A DNA stretch of 62,059 bases, the filler included, from Sphacelaria rigidula (Eukaryota), in the NCBI GenBank assembly GCA_964200075.2. It is 5 parts of 5 records of this genome, joined end to end, with 100 filler letters (N's around TTAATTAATTAA, not from the genome) between each part and the next. Parts side by side here need not be neighbours in the genome. Positions count along the whole stretch, not along the records: positions 1 to 12,336 come from CAXNAA020003880.1; 4 more parts are not named here. The stretch is one strand, 5' to 3'. Position numbers and translations under genes: made by a program. Every line of letters begins with the position of its first letter. The stretch's first letter is position 1. Of the stretch, positions 1-11,308 are shown in pieces. The notes under the pieces were generated by a model. The model had not been told where the DNA came from and did no database searches. It worked only from the letters and a program-made list of their open reading frames with translations.

Positions 1-479
1 GTCTTCACATTAAAAACCGTTCTGATATCTGCGCGGTACATTCGTACTGGGCATCTGATGTGGACGCCTTCCCTGATCACAGGCTAGCAAAAAAAACCCC
101 CAAAAAACCCAGATTACAGCTCACAAAACGCGATACAAGCAAAAGAGGAATAAATAATAAAGAAGAAAGGGAGTACATATGGCTAACCTCAGAAGATCCG
201 GTACCGCAGGTGGCCATTCGGACTTCAGGGGGTGGCACTCGGTTTTCCAACTCGATGCGCGACAAGTCGAAATGAACACAGGGTCCGACTACGGGCGAGA
301 CTCAAGGCCCCAAATACTGCCAACCAAAGAACTAAAGAACTAAGAATCGCAACATTTCATCTTGCGGTCTCTCTAGGGACAGCCATACGTACAAGCACAC
401 CAGGTGTATCAAGACAAGAACTGCATGACACAACGACACCCTTCATCGGGGGGGGGTTCACCCCCCACCCCCCACTTCT

Positions 480-1195
480 TTGGACCGTCGTCATTGCCGT
501 GCTATTTGGGCTTCGTTGGTCTCCCGTCTATTCGCACGCAGTCGGCTGGCCTCCTCTTCATTCCTGTGCCATGAGGTCATGAACCTCTCCGCTCCCTGCA
601 GCACTCCCGCGTGCCACGGCAACCCCCTCTCCTCGTTTGCTGCTGAGGTCCATAGGGCGCAGTCAATTCCGAATGTCTGGCGGTTGTCGTGCGTAGAGCC
701 GTCTGTGGCTCCGAAAGCGTGGAGATCGTCTCTCAGGCACTTCAGCCAGTTTTGTTCCGGGCACCCTGGTCCTGGATCTTCCCCCCCGACTAGTGTTCCG
801 AATGCTATTCGCTTCGGTAATCGTCCGTCGGTTGTCTAGCCAGGGCTCCCGCGAACAGCAGTCGTCGTTGCCGGATGATGGCTTCGGCGCTTTGGCATCC
901 GATCTTCTTGAGGGCCTGTGCATACGACAGCTGTCGGTATGTGCCGCGCACTCGGCGGTACCCGATGACTCGCAGAAGGAGCCGGTAGTGCACCTTTCGA
1001 AGCAAGTCATAGTATTTGCGGCGTGGGGCCCACGTCATGCATCCGTATAGTAGGGCTTCCACCGCCTCCGCTTTCAGCAGCCGAACCTTGAGTCTCCATG
1101 GTGCTTTCGGTCGGTCAAAGAGCTCCCGGGAGAACTTTCTGATGCACGCCCACGCTGCTCTGCTCCGATTGTTGATTCCTTGCTTGAGTTCGCCC
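480..1195 (-). mobile_element. Degenerate non-LTR retrotransposon (LINE, RTE/CR1-like) fragment, C-terminal region after the RT domain
   Basis: Minus-strand translation reads ...AAWACIRKFSRELFDRPKAPWRLKVRLLKAEAVEALLYGCMTWAPRRKYYDLLRKVHYRLLLRVIGY...IIRQRRLLFAGALARQP. This matches the LLYGCxTW and RRLxxAGxxxR pattern of the LINE ORF2 C-terminus. The frame is disrupted and the boundaries are approximate. Confidence 0.8.
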
Positions 1196-2885
1196 TCTTT
1201 GCGACCGGATAAAAAAATGCCCCGCCTGGTGGTTCATGTTGTAAACCGACTGAAAACCCTCCTGGGACGGGGCCTAACCGATGGCGATATGCACATGAAT
1301 CGCGTCTACAGTTGAAATATACGAAATATGCGGACCTCTGCCGGATGGAGGAGTAGACGGCGACGCTCAGGTTGTGCTTGCTGTATGAAAACACAGATAA
1401 CACCCACCGCCGGTCTGACATGATGGCAGTGCGCTGTCGAAGTGAAACAACACATGTTCCTCATTTTGAACATTTCTTCCCGCAGGTAAAAAACATACCT
1501 GTAGGAGACACTTTTCTCCGGCATACATGAGGGGATATAGTTTTTTCGGGCATGAAGTACCTCGCCACGCTATGAAACTGGTGTGGCATACAGCACTCCT
1601 TCAACGACGAGTGATTGACAATGTATTACTAGTTTGCAATTTATTCTCAGTACGGATACAACGCTCACACAAGTGCGCTGGAGCTTCAGACGCTGCAGCG
1701 AAACACAGATGGCACGATTGTCGGCTCATGTGGAAGTAGTGTTATCCTCCTTGGAAATAGAAGTGCCTATCGTTTGAGCAACCCGAGGCTCTCCCTCCAA
1801 AAGCCGCGCTGTCCGCACCAGGGATAGCGCGATCTTCATTTGCAGTAGAGTTCAACCACGTGGTGGGTGTAAGACTTTCCGACTTGTTTTTAGGGTGAAC
1901 ACTGAAATCCGGATCTTTAGGGCTGCGCTCCAAGCGATAACGCATTTTTCGTCTAAACCAGCGACGGTTTGAGGTCTCACAACGCGCACATTGCTTGAGC
2001 AACACTTCGCACTCTCTCGTTCGAGCATTCTCGGTATGCCTTCGTCGGGGTGAGGGTGATGGTGATGATTATGGTTAGGGCCTGTCTTCGCACTTCTTTT
2101 TTCGATCGAAAAAATGGGGCGGTGGAAGCGATTTGAGCAACATTTTCTCGTTTTGATGCAGTTGGCTCCAGATGGGATTTCAAGCCTTCACTTGCCGAAT
2201 CTCGAAGGCTGATGCCAACGCAAAAGAAAAAAACAGAAACGAAATGCTGGGCGGAAACCCGAATGCACAAACCCGGCCGAGTTGCGAAACGTCGCCACGC
2301 TTCGTGTACACCACGAGCCAAATCATGCATGCCGAACACATTTTCACTTTCATATGCACATAAAAAAAGGGCCTTACGCCGTATAAAAACTCCCGCGTCG
2401 AAATCATACACATGAACACACCAAACGGAAGCCGCTTCAAATTACACATCACCGCCGACATCTTCTCCCGCCTCCTCTCTACACACAAACAAACGGAAGT
2501 CGTTCCAAATTACATATCTCCGCCGACATTGTCTCCCGCCTCCCTCTCCCTGTGTCGTACGCACACCGTCATCTAACCAGTAGAGTTCACCACTTGGGAT
2601 GGTGAGAAATTTCGCAGATAGTTCGACTTGATTTTAGTGTGAACAGCGAAAATCCGGATCTTCAATGGGGCTATGCTCCAAGCGTGCTCGTAGCTTGCGC
2701 AGAACGCGTTTTGGTCGAGATCGGCGCCTGGGGCGCCGATTTGAGGCCTGGCAACGCACCCTTTGCCTATGTAACGCTCTCCACCCCCTCGCCCGAGGGT
2801 TCTCGGTGTGCCTTCGTTGAGGTTAGGGTTAGAGTTACTGTTGATGTTATAGTTTGTTCGAAGTTATAAGTTTCTGCTAAATTTC

Positions 2886-4070
2886 TCACCATCCCAAGTG
2901 GTAAACTGACCTCCATCTAAGACACTGCCTCGAGCCGACTAGCGGAACTGCAGCCCTACCCGGCCTTTTGTTCTTCCCCTTTCCTTTACCTTTACCTTTG
3001 CCTTCCGCCTTACCACCCTCTCCGGCGCTGTCACCACTGGATCTTCTGCGTCTGCTTCCCTGCCGGCCAGACCCCACCAATCTCCCCTCGATGTGTTACT
3101 CACCATACCATCATAAACTTCCCCCAGCCCCAGCGTTTCTTGCCTTCTTGGTCATGTTTTCCCCCCTCCGCTTCCTCTGGAGCAAAGTCATGCAGTCATC
3201 CTCCTCGGCCGACACCGATGAGGTGTTGCCGCTCAAAAAGTACTAGACTTGGTTCTTGGGGGTAACCGAGTTCATGTATGATCGTGTCGCAGAAAAGTTG
3301 GGCCTGTGTTTCAGCCGTCTTGTTCGACATATATATATTACAAGCGGGAAAAAGCGCGTACCAAGGTGCATCCGACATCACTTCATGGAACGCCATTAAG
3401 ACCGGAAATTTCTTCTCTCCGTCACGCAAGGTCTCTTCTCCGGTCACACGAGCAAGGAAGGCGCGCGAAGGAATGCTTGCTCCAACTGCTCCCCGTCTAG
3501 CTTCAAAATTCCGACGGCAAGAACCTTCACCGTCTCGCGCTGGCATGCTACATTGATACACTTCATCTCCACCCTCGTGGTGTGACGTGTAGCTGATGCG
3601 ATGAACGGTCCGGCTGAGTTGAGGGACACGCCCTCCCGCAAAAAGCCCTGGCATAAACGCGCCATATCGTCTCCATAGCATTCATCAGGCTTCAGAACAT
3701 CGCGGACATGTTCCTGCACCATTTGCCGTGCCGCTCCTCCTTCGCGTCATTGAGGTTCAGTTCTCCACCGTTAGCCCCTCCTCCCAGACGTTCGCCCCGT
3801 TCCTTTCCCCGAGCCTGCCCCATCATCCTCGCCTTTCCCTTCGATCACTTCAACGCGCTTCAGTGCTCGCTTGGCTACGGTGTCGTGAAAGAGGGAAGGG
3901 GGGGAGAGACAGCGCGATCGCTTCGGTTACCAAGTTGCTCACATGATTTTTGCATGGCTTCATACTTGTTGGCGCGATGAAAAGCACCAACCGCATGCAC
4001 CCAACAACGGATCACAGCAACTAACGACCCAGTGCTCCTATTGCCTTCCATGCCACCCCGCTTCACTCGG
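2886..4070 (-). pseudogene. Frameshifted coding relic, possibly a Mutator-like (MULE) transposase remnant
   Basis: Overlapping minus-strand ORFs (3875-4066, 3444-3722, 3196-3681, 2886-3080) read as protein-like text broken by frameshifts and stops. They include RCWVH (CxxH-like) and YQCS../..VLAVG (SWIM-like). Confidence 0.3.
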
Positions 4071-4468
4071 TCAGTAATAGGATGAGCTCAGCACAGCAAC
4101 AACGGCGATAAGTAGGACTCGGGACGAACGACACCCGTGCAGACGGCATAACGACTGTACTACACAGCCTCATCAGTCTGTAAGTCACCGAAACAGAAGC
4201 TGCAACTATTATCTATTATACACCACAACCGGCAGTTGGCACCACTAAACTCCAAGTGCAGACGGCATGACCACAACATACTGCAGGAAGGCGTCCAGTA
4301 CTCCCCCTCTGACGGCGGGACCGCTTCAGTCAACCCATGAGCAGCAGTACCACCACGGGAATAAGCCGGAACCAACAAAGTAGTAAAACTGACGATATCA
4401 ACAAAGCAGCAAAACTGACGATTTCACTTGACCAGTAAGATTCCAAAATTTCCGTCCTCACCTGCTGT

Positions 4469-5263
4469 TCACCGTCGAGAGGTGACGCTCGATTCTGGCA
4501 AAATGACTCGGAGACTTTCTACCCTCCTCTCCAGCAAGTCCACCTGGAACCTCTCGTAATGAAGCTTTTCCTCAGCACTGTCTGTCCTGATTCCTTTTTC
4601 CGGTTCGGGGTCGATGGGAACGGAAATGCCTGCCGCCTTGCAAATATCAGAGTTCTTCTTTTCGAGTTTTTCACGACGGATCCGGAGGCGGCTCATCTCT
4701 AACTTTATCTCGGCGTCTTTCGATTCAACCTCGCGCTGTTTCGCCACCAACCTCTCCTCCTCATCACCCTGCCGTGCGTGGTCCTCGGCCTCACGCCTCT
4801 GTGCAATATCAGCTTGTGACTGCTCCTCTTTCTGACGAGCGACGTCCTCCCCCGTTTTGAACCTGCTCTCCGTCCCTCGGCATTTTTTTTCGTTTTCCGC
4901 CAGCTGGGCGTGCGCCCAACTCTCCGTTTCGCGGCATTCTTTCTCGCTCTCCGCGAGGTCGTCGTGCGCCGAATCGGACCTGCTCTCCATCTCCCACTGT
5001 CGGTTCTCGCTCTCTGCGACCTCCCGCAGCGCTGAGGCAATCACGTCATGCGCAGTAGCGGAATCGCCTCTCTCCATACCGCGCCGCCTGTTGGACACTG
5101 CCGCCGTGAATCCAACGGTGTGCCCCGCCCTCTCAAGGTGCCTCGCAGCCGCTTGCAGCAGATTTCCCTTCGCCTTTGTCTCGGAAGCGCCGAATGTTTG
5201 GGTTCTGCCTCTCTTCTTATTGGGGGCGGCGGGTTGCTCGGGACACTCCATCGAGAGATACAT
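4469..5263 (-). CDS. Hypothetical coiled-coil protein (264 aa ORF), possibly transposon-associated
   Basis: Long uninterrupted E/K/R-rich ORF with an internal repeat (LAESEKECRETES / LAENEKKCRGTES). No recognisable domain. Confidence 0.35.
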   Translation of the reverse strand: MYLSMECPEQPAAPNKKRGRTQTFGASETKAKGNLLQAAARHLERAGHTVGFTAAVSNRRRGMERGDSATAHDVIASALREVAESENRQWEMESRSDSAHDDLAESEKECRETESWAHAQLAENEKKCRGTESRFKTGEDVARQKEEQSQADIAQRREAEDHARQGDEEERLVAKQREVESKDAEIKLEMSRLRIRREKLEKKNSDICKAAGISVPIDPEPEKGIRTDSAEEKLHYERFQVDLLERRVESLRVILPESSVTSRR

Positions 5264-5551
5264 TTTGCCCGCCGCGCGGTACTCTACGGTAACGTGCGCA
5301 ATTCAAGTGCCGGTCGCTGCGTTCGGTGCATCAGACTTCAAACCCCAATGCATCACACGAGAACTGCAGTTGTCATTTCAGGGAACATCCCGCTGTCACA
5401 TCAGCAAGCGGGAATATATATACATACGAGCTGGGCCGGCCGGCATATATCTGCTTAGACAGGCAGATTCACAGAATTCGGGCCAGCTGACGGTTATTTT
5501 TTAACGAAGAGTGGAGATGCCATTACTCGTACTGTAATAGTCGAAGAGTTA

Positions 5552-5741
5552 GGCCGTGTCTTATCAAATTATTTTCGTGTCGAAAACGTTCGGTCGAATA
5601 GAATTCGCTCGTTTCTGATTCGTCCACCCTACCATTTTTTTCAGATGGTTGAGAACATGGATGCTGTGCACGTATGAGGTACGAGCAAATTCGAGTCCAC
5701 CGTACGTTTTCGAGTCGAAAACAACTTGATAAGACACGGCC
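5552..5741. mobile_element. PIF/Harbinger (Tourist-like) MITE, 190 bp
   Basis: TIRs GGCCGTGTCTTATCAA...TTGATAAGACACGGCC, flanked by TTA at 5549-5551 and 5742-5744. Confidence 0.85.
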
Positions 5742-5744
5742 TTA

Positions 5745-5854
5745 GGCCCTGTCTTAGCATATCAGCTTCCGATCGAAAATGTGCGGTGGGGAACAAAACT
5801 CCTGATCTGATGAGTCGCAAGTTTCAACCGTCGTCGAAAAGGTAAGACACGGCC
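5745..5854. mobile_element. PIF/Harbinger MITE, 110 bp, adjacent to the previous copy
   Basis: TIRs GGCCCTGTCTTA...TAAGACACGGCC with TTA on both sides. It shares the 5742-5744 TTA with the previous MITE. Confidence 0.8.
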
Positions 5855-5857
5855 TTA

Positions 5858-6215
5858 GGCGCCGAAATTTTGACACGACATTTTGATCATCAACCCGCGC
5901 AACCCTATTGGAGGTTCAGAGGGAAAGGGAAAACACACAGAAAGTTAAAGCGAGTTGAAGTTTCAGCAAAAACAGGAAAAATGCTAACACTTCCTTGAAA
6001 ATTGATAAAAACGACAACGCTTCAACACATACGGGCACTCGCATCAACGACATCCTTGTGAAGTTTCGGCCAAAAATAACTCAAGTTGGGCTTTGCGTCG
6101 CACTTTTCGTGTGACACGGCTGCGCCCGTTGAATTCAACTGATACAGCAGACTCCAATTATGGAGGTCATGAGTTCGAATCCCGATATATTCTCTTCTTT
6201 TTTCGTCCGTCGTTA
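5858..6215 (+). repeat. Dispersed repeat containing a tRNA box-B-like segment; inverted homolog at about 25316-25572
   Basis: Three blocks (TTTTGACACGA, GCACTTTTxGTGTxACAC, TCCAxTTAxxGAGxTCAxGAGTTCG) match the reverse complement of 25316-25572. Box-B-like GAGTTCGAATCCC lies near 6171-6183. Confidence 0.55.
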
Positions 6216-6689
6216 GGTTTATATATCATGTAGTACATTTGTTTTCATGTATTTTCTTCATTCAGCTGCGGTGTCGTGTGTTACCAGGCTGGTCTGCACT
6301 TCACAGCAATATGTTCAAGTCGCGCTAATTTCGAACACTTGAGAATTTGTGGTGTGGAAGGCGAATGCGGGATTTACTGCTGGCCCAGCTCGTATATATA
6401 CTGCGCATATTTTTTAGGTTCAGAGTGTACGCCTTCAAAGCACTAGGACAAGGCCACCACTATAGGGTGGGTGTGGATAGTGAGCAAGAGCATGTAGGAT
6501 ATGAACCGGGAGGGCGTTGCTTGCGCGCGAGACAAACCCGTCAAGAGATTGGATTATAAAACCAAGTGGATTTGCGGAGCATCCCAGGGCAAGAAAAGAA
6601 AATGATTTTTTTGTCTCTGGTCGTTATGGTTTCCTCGAACATCTCCTTCACTTTTTGCGCCCCGATTAGCATCGCGGCGTGACTTCTCA

Positions 6690-7274
6690 CATATACATTT
6701 TGATCGAAAAAGTGAGTTTTTTTATCCCCCCCAATCTGATGTGTCCGCCGCATTTCTGTTCCGAAAAGGCTTCAACTCGTTCTTGTAATTAGTGGCGCGC
6801 GGAGAAGTAAAAAACAACAAAGCTAAGCTTTTTCGATCGAAAGCATGCCGTCGAAAGGCACGACGCGGCACCTGACTCTTATATGCATACCACAACGCCA
6901 GATACCACCCAGTTCACAGAACCATGCAAACTCCACACAACTCACTCTCAGCTACCACCGCAGCCCTGCAGCATAGGTCACGAGTGAGCACAGGGATAGA
7001 TACACTGCAGTAGTTGCGTATGATTCGTTTATTTTCTGTTGGCGAAAAGTTGAGCATCTTTCATGGATGGTGGGGATCAGCGACGGAACTGCGTGGTAGG
7101 GTTGGCAACCGAGTTGCGCAGACGATCATGCACAGTGCAGACAGTACAAGGTACAAAGTTGCACGTTGTTCCACTTATTTTCACGTTGCATCGTAATCAG
7201 AGAGAACATATAGTCCTGCGCTGTCTGTACTGCACATTACCCGCTTCTCTTTCACATCCTACCGTACAAAACAT

Positions 7275-7312
<38 letters not shown>

Positions 7313-7507
7313 TGCAAACAGTGCAGACAATACAGACTGTCTCTGCTGTACACAAGCGACCACGTACCGTTTCACGAATTCCACTGCTTTTTTTCGATCG
7401 GAAGCTTGAAAATTCGCCTGGACCCAACTCGACAAAAGTGAGCGAATTTCGCTCATATCAATTCCATCGCCCCTTTTTCCGATCGAAAAAATTGTAAGAC
7501 ACGCCCT
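6690..7507 (+). mobile_element. About 700-800 bp non-autonomous Harbinger-type element, 5'-degenerate copy
   Basis: Colinear with 8149-8846 (e.g. CGACGGAACTGCGTGGTA, GGACCCAACTCGA). Ends TAAGACACGCCC followed by TTTA. Contains a (CA)n tract at about 7276-7308. Confidence 0.75.
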
Positions 7508-7510
7508 TTA

Positions 7511-7691
7511 GGCCGTGTTTCAGCACATCATTTTACTTAATCGAAAAAGCGCGGTGGGAAACAAAATTCCGATCTGAAAGGTCGTGATTTTAACAATATT
7601 CAGAATAAACTACGATAGTTGAAATCACGACCTATCAGATGGGAGTTTTTGTTTTCCACCGCACATTTTCAATCGAAAAATAGTGTGCTAA
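7511..7691. mobile_element. Palindromic Harbinger-type MITE whose right TIR is interrupted at its internal TAA
   Basis: Starts TTA|GGCCGTGTTTCAGCAC. Internal arms are inverted. It ends GTGCTAA, immediately followed by another element instead of the expected GACACGGCC. Confidence 0.65.
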
Positions 7692-8145
7692 GGCCCACTC
7701 TAATGGGAGCCGTTCAAAATTCCTGTTGAAAATTGCCTTTTGGGCCCTTCTCCGTCGATTCACCCCCGAACAGAGGGTTAGGCGGATGTTGACGCCTTCG
7801 AATTTCTTGCTCTACTCGTTGAGACCGTTCTAGGGCAACTTTGCTTTTCCCGCTGGCCGCAGCTTCATTTTTGGCCAAACCGGGTAAAACGCGGGTTTTC
7901 AGAAAAAAGCGGTGATGTGATCAAAATTCTTCCCTGTGTTTTTAGCGCTTGGCCACTATTTATTGAAAATCCTTGTTTGGTCAACAAAAAAAGTGCAGCC
8001 AGCGGGAAATGCAAAGTTGCCCTGGAACGGTTTCAATGAATAGAGCAAGTCATTGCGAGGCGTCAGTATCCGCCTTAAACGACGGGGAAGGGCCAAAAAG
8101 GCACTTGTGAACAGGAATTTCGAACGACTCTCATTAGAGTCGGTC
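7692..8145. mobile_element. Foldback Tourist-like MITE with long TIRs
   Basis: GGCCCACTCTAATGGGAGCCGTTCAAAATTCCTGTT pairs with AACAGGAATTTCGAACGACTCTCATTAGAGTCGGTC. Inner arms also pair (about 7822-7865 with 7992-8034). TAA on both flanks. Confidence 0.8.
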
Positions 8146-8148
8146 TAA

Positions 8149-8846
8149 GGGCGTGTCTGAGCACCCTTTTTTTTTTCAATAAAAAAAAGTGCGGTCGATT
8201 TTTTTTTGCCGATCTGACAAGTTCACCGCATTTATGTTCCTAGAAGGCTTCAACTCAAAATTATAATTAGTGGCGCGTGGGGGAAACAATTTGACACAAA
8301 AATGATCCTTTTGGATTGAAAACATGCGGTCGAAAGGCGCGTAGCGGCACTTGACTCCTATCTTACAGACCACCACGGCGAACAACACCCTGTTTACAGG
8401 ACCATGCAAACTTCATCCAACTCATTTTCAGCTGCCACTGCAACCCTGCAGCACAGAGCATGAGTTGAGCACAGGGATGAATACACTGCAGTAGTTGGGT
8501 ATGCTTTGTTCATATTTTGTTAGCGAGACCTTGCGCATATTCCCTCATGATAGGGATCAGCGACGGAACTGCGTGGTACGGTCGGCAACCGAGTTGCGTG
8601 CACGCTCACGGACAGTGTAGGCAGGACAGAGCGCACTCAAGACACTGCTTGCAAGCAGCGCAGACAGTACAGCTTGTCTGTACCGTACACGAGTAACCAT
8701 GTACCGCTTCACGAATTTCACTATTTTTTCGATCAAAAGCTTGAAAATTCGCTTGGACCCAACTCGAGAACAATGAGCAAATTTCGCTCAAATCGATTCC
8801 ACCGCCCCATTTTGTCGATCAAACAAAACAGTGCTAAGACACGCCC
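8149..8846 (+). mobile_element. Full-length about 700 bp non-autonomous Harbinger-type element
   Basis: TIRs GGGCGTGTCTGAGCAC...GTGCTAAGACACGCCC with TAA/TTA flanks. Homologs at 6690-7507, 33875-34541 and 36742-37203 (inverted), plus an end fragment at about 2078-2200. Confidence 0.85.
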
Positions 8847-9131
8847 TTAGCACATTATTTTTGATCGAAAATGCGCGCTGGTAAACGCAAACTCCGATCT
8901 GGTAGGTCGTGACCTATCCGATCGGAATATTTGTTTTTCACCGCACTTTTCCGATCCACACTTTTTCGACCGAAAAAGTGCGGTGGAAAACAGAAAGTTC
9001 CAATCTGATAAGTCATTACTTCGACCTTCTTCAAAACAAACTGCGACAGTTAAAACCACGATCTATCATATTGGAGTTTATCCTTCTCCAACACACATTC
9101 CGATCGAAAAATAGTCTGCTAAGACAAGGCC
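8847..9131. mobile_element. Harbinger-type MITE whose left TIR is truncated at its internal TTA
   Basis: Begins TTAGCAC and ends GCTAAGACAAGGCC|TAA. Body is similar to 5745-5854 and 7511-7691. Confidence 0.65.
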
Positions 9132-9489
9132 TAACAGTTCCCCCGCCCCTCCAGGGCTGGCCTTACTTGCTACCTTTTCCAGACTGATCCCACAGGGATT
9201 CCTCCGAGTATGGGTCGTTACTCTCGGAATTTTCTTTTTGTTCTCTCGTTACCCGGTATATTGATGGGTTCGTCTCTACCCTACAACAGCTTTTTTATTT
9301 GCGACAACCGATCATCATGCTGAACTTTAAAACACTTGCGTGCGTGTGTCTTAGTTACGCATGGGAAAGTTGAATCGCCACATCACGCACTGTACCGTGC
9401 GAGTAGATAGATATCATCAACTCTGCGCCGGGTGTTTAAAGCACACAAGATGCGGCTGAAGGGGCTCAATAAAAAGCAACGTAACGAAC

Positions 9490-9640
9490 CACACACTGGA
9501 TAATGACTAGAGATGACATCGTCAAAAATTGTACTGCGTACAGTATGGAAGATATTCGTCTGTTGCAATAGACACGGCAGTCGATACTGTGCGCAGTACA
9601 TTTTTTTACAGTGTTATCTACTGTCAATATCCAGGGTGTG
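9490..9640. mobile_element. Palindromic MITE with CACAC(C/A)CTGGA TIRs, possibly hAT-type; further copies at about 10559-10690 and 17870-17965
   Basis: CACACACTGGATAATGAC...GTCAATATCCAGGGTGTG with an internal palindrome TGTACTGCGTACAGTAT / ATACTGTGCGCAGTACA. Imperfect 8-bp flank duplications: TAACGAAC/TAACAAAA here, CACTAAGA/CACTAAGT at the second copy. Confidence 0.65.
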
Positions 9641-10174
9641 TAACAAAAACCATAGTTTTGCCGCACATGGGTCTTGACTGACGAATACATGCCCTCTGAG
9701 GGGGCTCAAACTGCACTTTTCGGTGCGTATATTCTCTGCTGCGTGCTGCACAAAGTTAAGGCAAACATCTCGTAATTTTTTTGTCCTTGTTTCAAGCTTG
9801 TTCACATTTATGTTGATCAGCCTTCCGGTTGTGTGTTCGAGAGCCAGCACAACACCTTACAAGTCGGTGCTCGATGCGGGCACTCAAGTCAAACCAAGTA
9901 CGCTGCGACGTCCTGGTGTGTGCAAGGTTGCCGTCCAAACTCTGCCGCGTTGCTTCATCCGCGACAAAGAAGGGTTACCGTCGAGCCTCTGTAAGGAATA
10001 TCTCATGGTCTGTATATACACTACGTGTCTGCCCCTCCCTGTTTCAGGAGACTCCATACAGTTGACGTCAGCACAGCGATACGTAAAAACGTCGGTGCCT
10101 AAGCACAGTTTGTACTGAAGTCAAGTCGAGTGGACTTGAGAGCCAGTCTTTTCTCGACACGTTATCTAACTTGA

Positions 10175-10279
10175 CCTTTTGACCGCGAGGCTAAAGGTCG
10201 CCTGCTGAATCGGCATCAATTTCACTTGAAAAAAGTGTGTGCGTGATCCCGATGGGTTACACGCATCGCGGTCTAGGGG
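10175..10279. mobile_element. About 100 bp piggyBac-type MITE, degenerate copy
   Basis: Homologous to 12623-12720 (CTGxTGAATCGGCATCAATTTCA). Ends GGG|TTAA. Confidence 0.7.
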
Positions 10280-11221
10280 TTAACTCAGCCAAGGTGTCTA
10301 GTTGACGACGTCTATGCAGAACCCGCCGAACCTTTTGCAATAGAACGCCGATGATTTGAAGAGTGTGTGCGTTGCCTTAGCAGTATAGGAAGCGGTGTAG
10401 CACGAGAGCAGGAATCCCTCACAACAGCACCATGGGGCTAGTCCGCGCCGGCGGGGGTGGTAGACGTCAAAGCAGCGACAAGATCCGACCTCCCCCGTCC
10501 CACGCCACCTTATTTTGTTTCCAAAGGTGTCTACTATGCTTTGCCCCTCACACTAAGACCCCGGACAAAAGAATACAGTCAAAAGGTGTACTGCGTACAG
10601 TATCGACTATTGCGCCTATTGCAATAGGCAATAGATTCCATACTGTACGCAGTACATTTTTTGACAATATAATATATTGTCCAGGGTGTGCACTAAGTAC
10701 ATTTCAATCGTCCCGTACATCGGCTACTCTACTCACGGCGTGCTGTAGTTTGCACAAAGAAATGGGGGCCATCAAGGGTCACGTGTGCGAGCGTACAGCC
10801 CGGGAACCCGCGATATCCGTCATCGTACACAAGAATTATGGAGGCGTTTAAATGTGCATTATTACAACAACAACAGAAAATGTAGAGGCCAGTGCAACAC
10901 AACACCGCTCGAGAGAAGGTGGAGGAAGATGGGTTCAAATTAAAGTGCTGTGTGTGTTGTGTTTTGTCATTCAATCTGCTCTGGACGCCAGTCTACACCT
11001 TTCGGTATATGTGGGCGCACCAGCCGGGGTCAGACAGGTGGAAGGTCAGCGCAGGGCTTTTTATCAATATGTCTATTGAGCCCCTCACCTTCCTTCTGCG
11101 GTGCTTGCCTTTCTTGTTTTTATCGCGAGGGGGGTTCAGCAGTCCCTTTCCCTCGTCGACCATCAAGTCGAATTTTGTGCACCCACGACACGGTCGCCCT
11201 CCAATGTTGGGCATGGTGTGA

Positions 11222-11308
11222 GAAAAAATTCCAGATCGCTCCAAGATTTGAACCCACGATCCAACAGTCAGAAAGTTTCGAGGTTACCAACTGAGCCACC
11301 GGGGCGAT
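11222..11308 (-). mobile_element. tRNA-derived SINE head
   Basis: Reverse strand reads TCGCCCCGGTGGCTCAGTTGGTAA (box A)...GGGTTCAAATC (box B). There is no pairing acceptor stem, and a retroelement-like body follows down to about 11085. Confidence 0.7.

Noticed and set aside
11222..11308. tRNA gene candidates here and at 15088-15166
   Set aside because: Box A and B are present but the acceptor and anticodon stems do not pair. Treated as SINE heads or pseudogenes.
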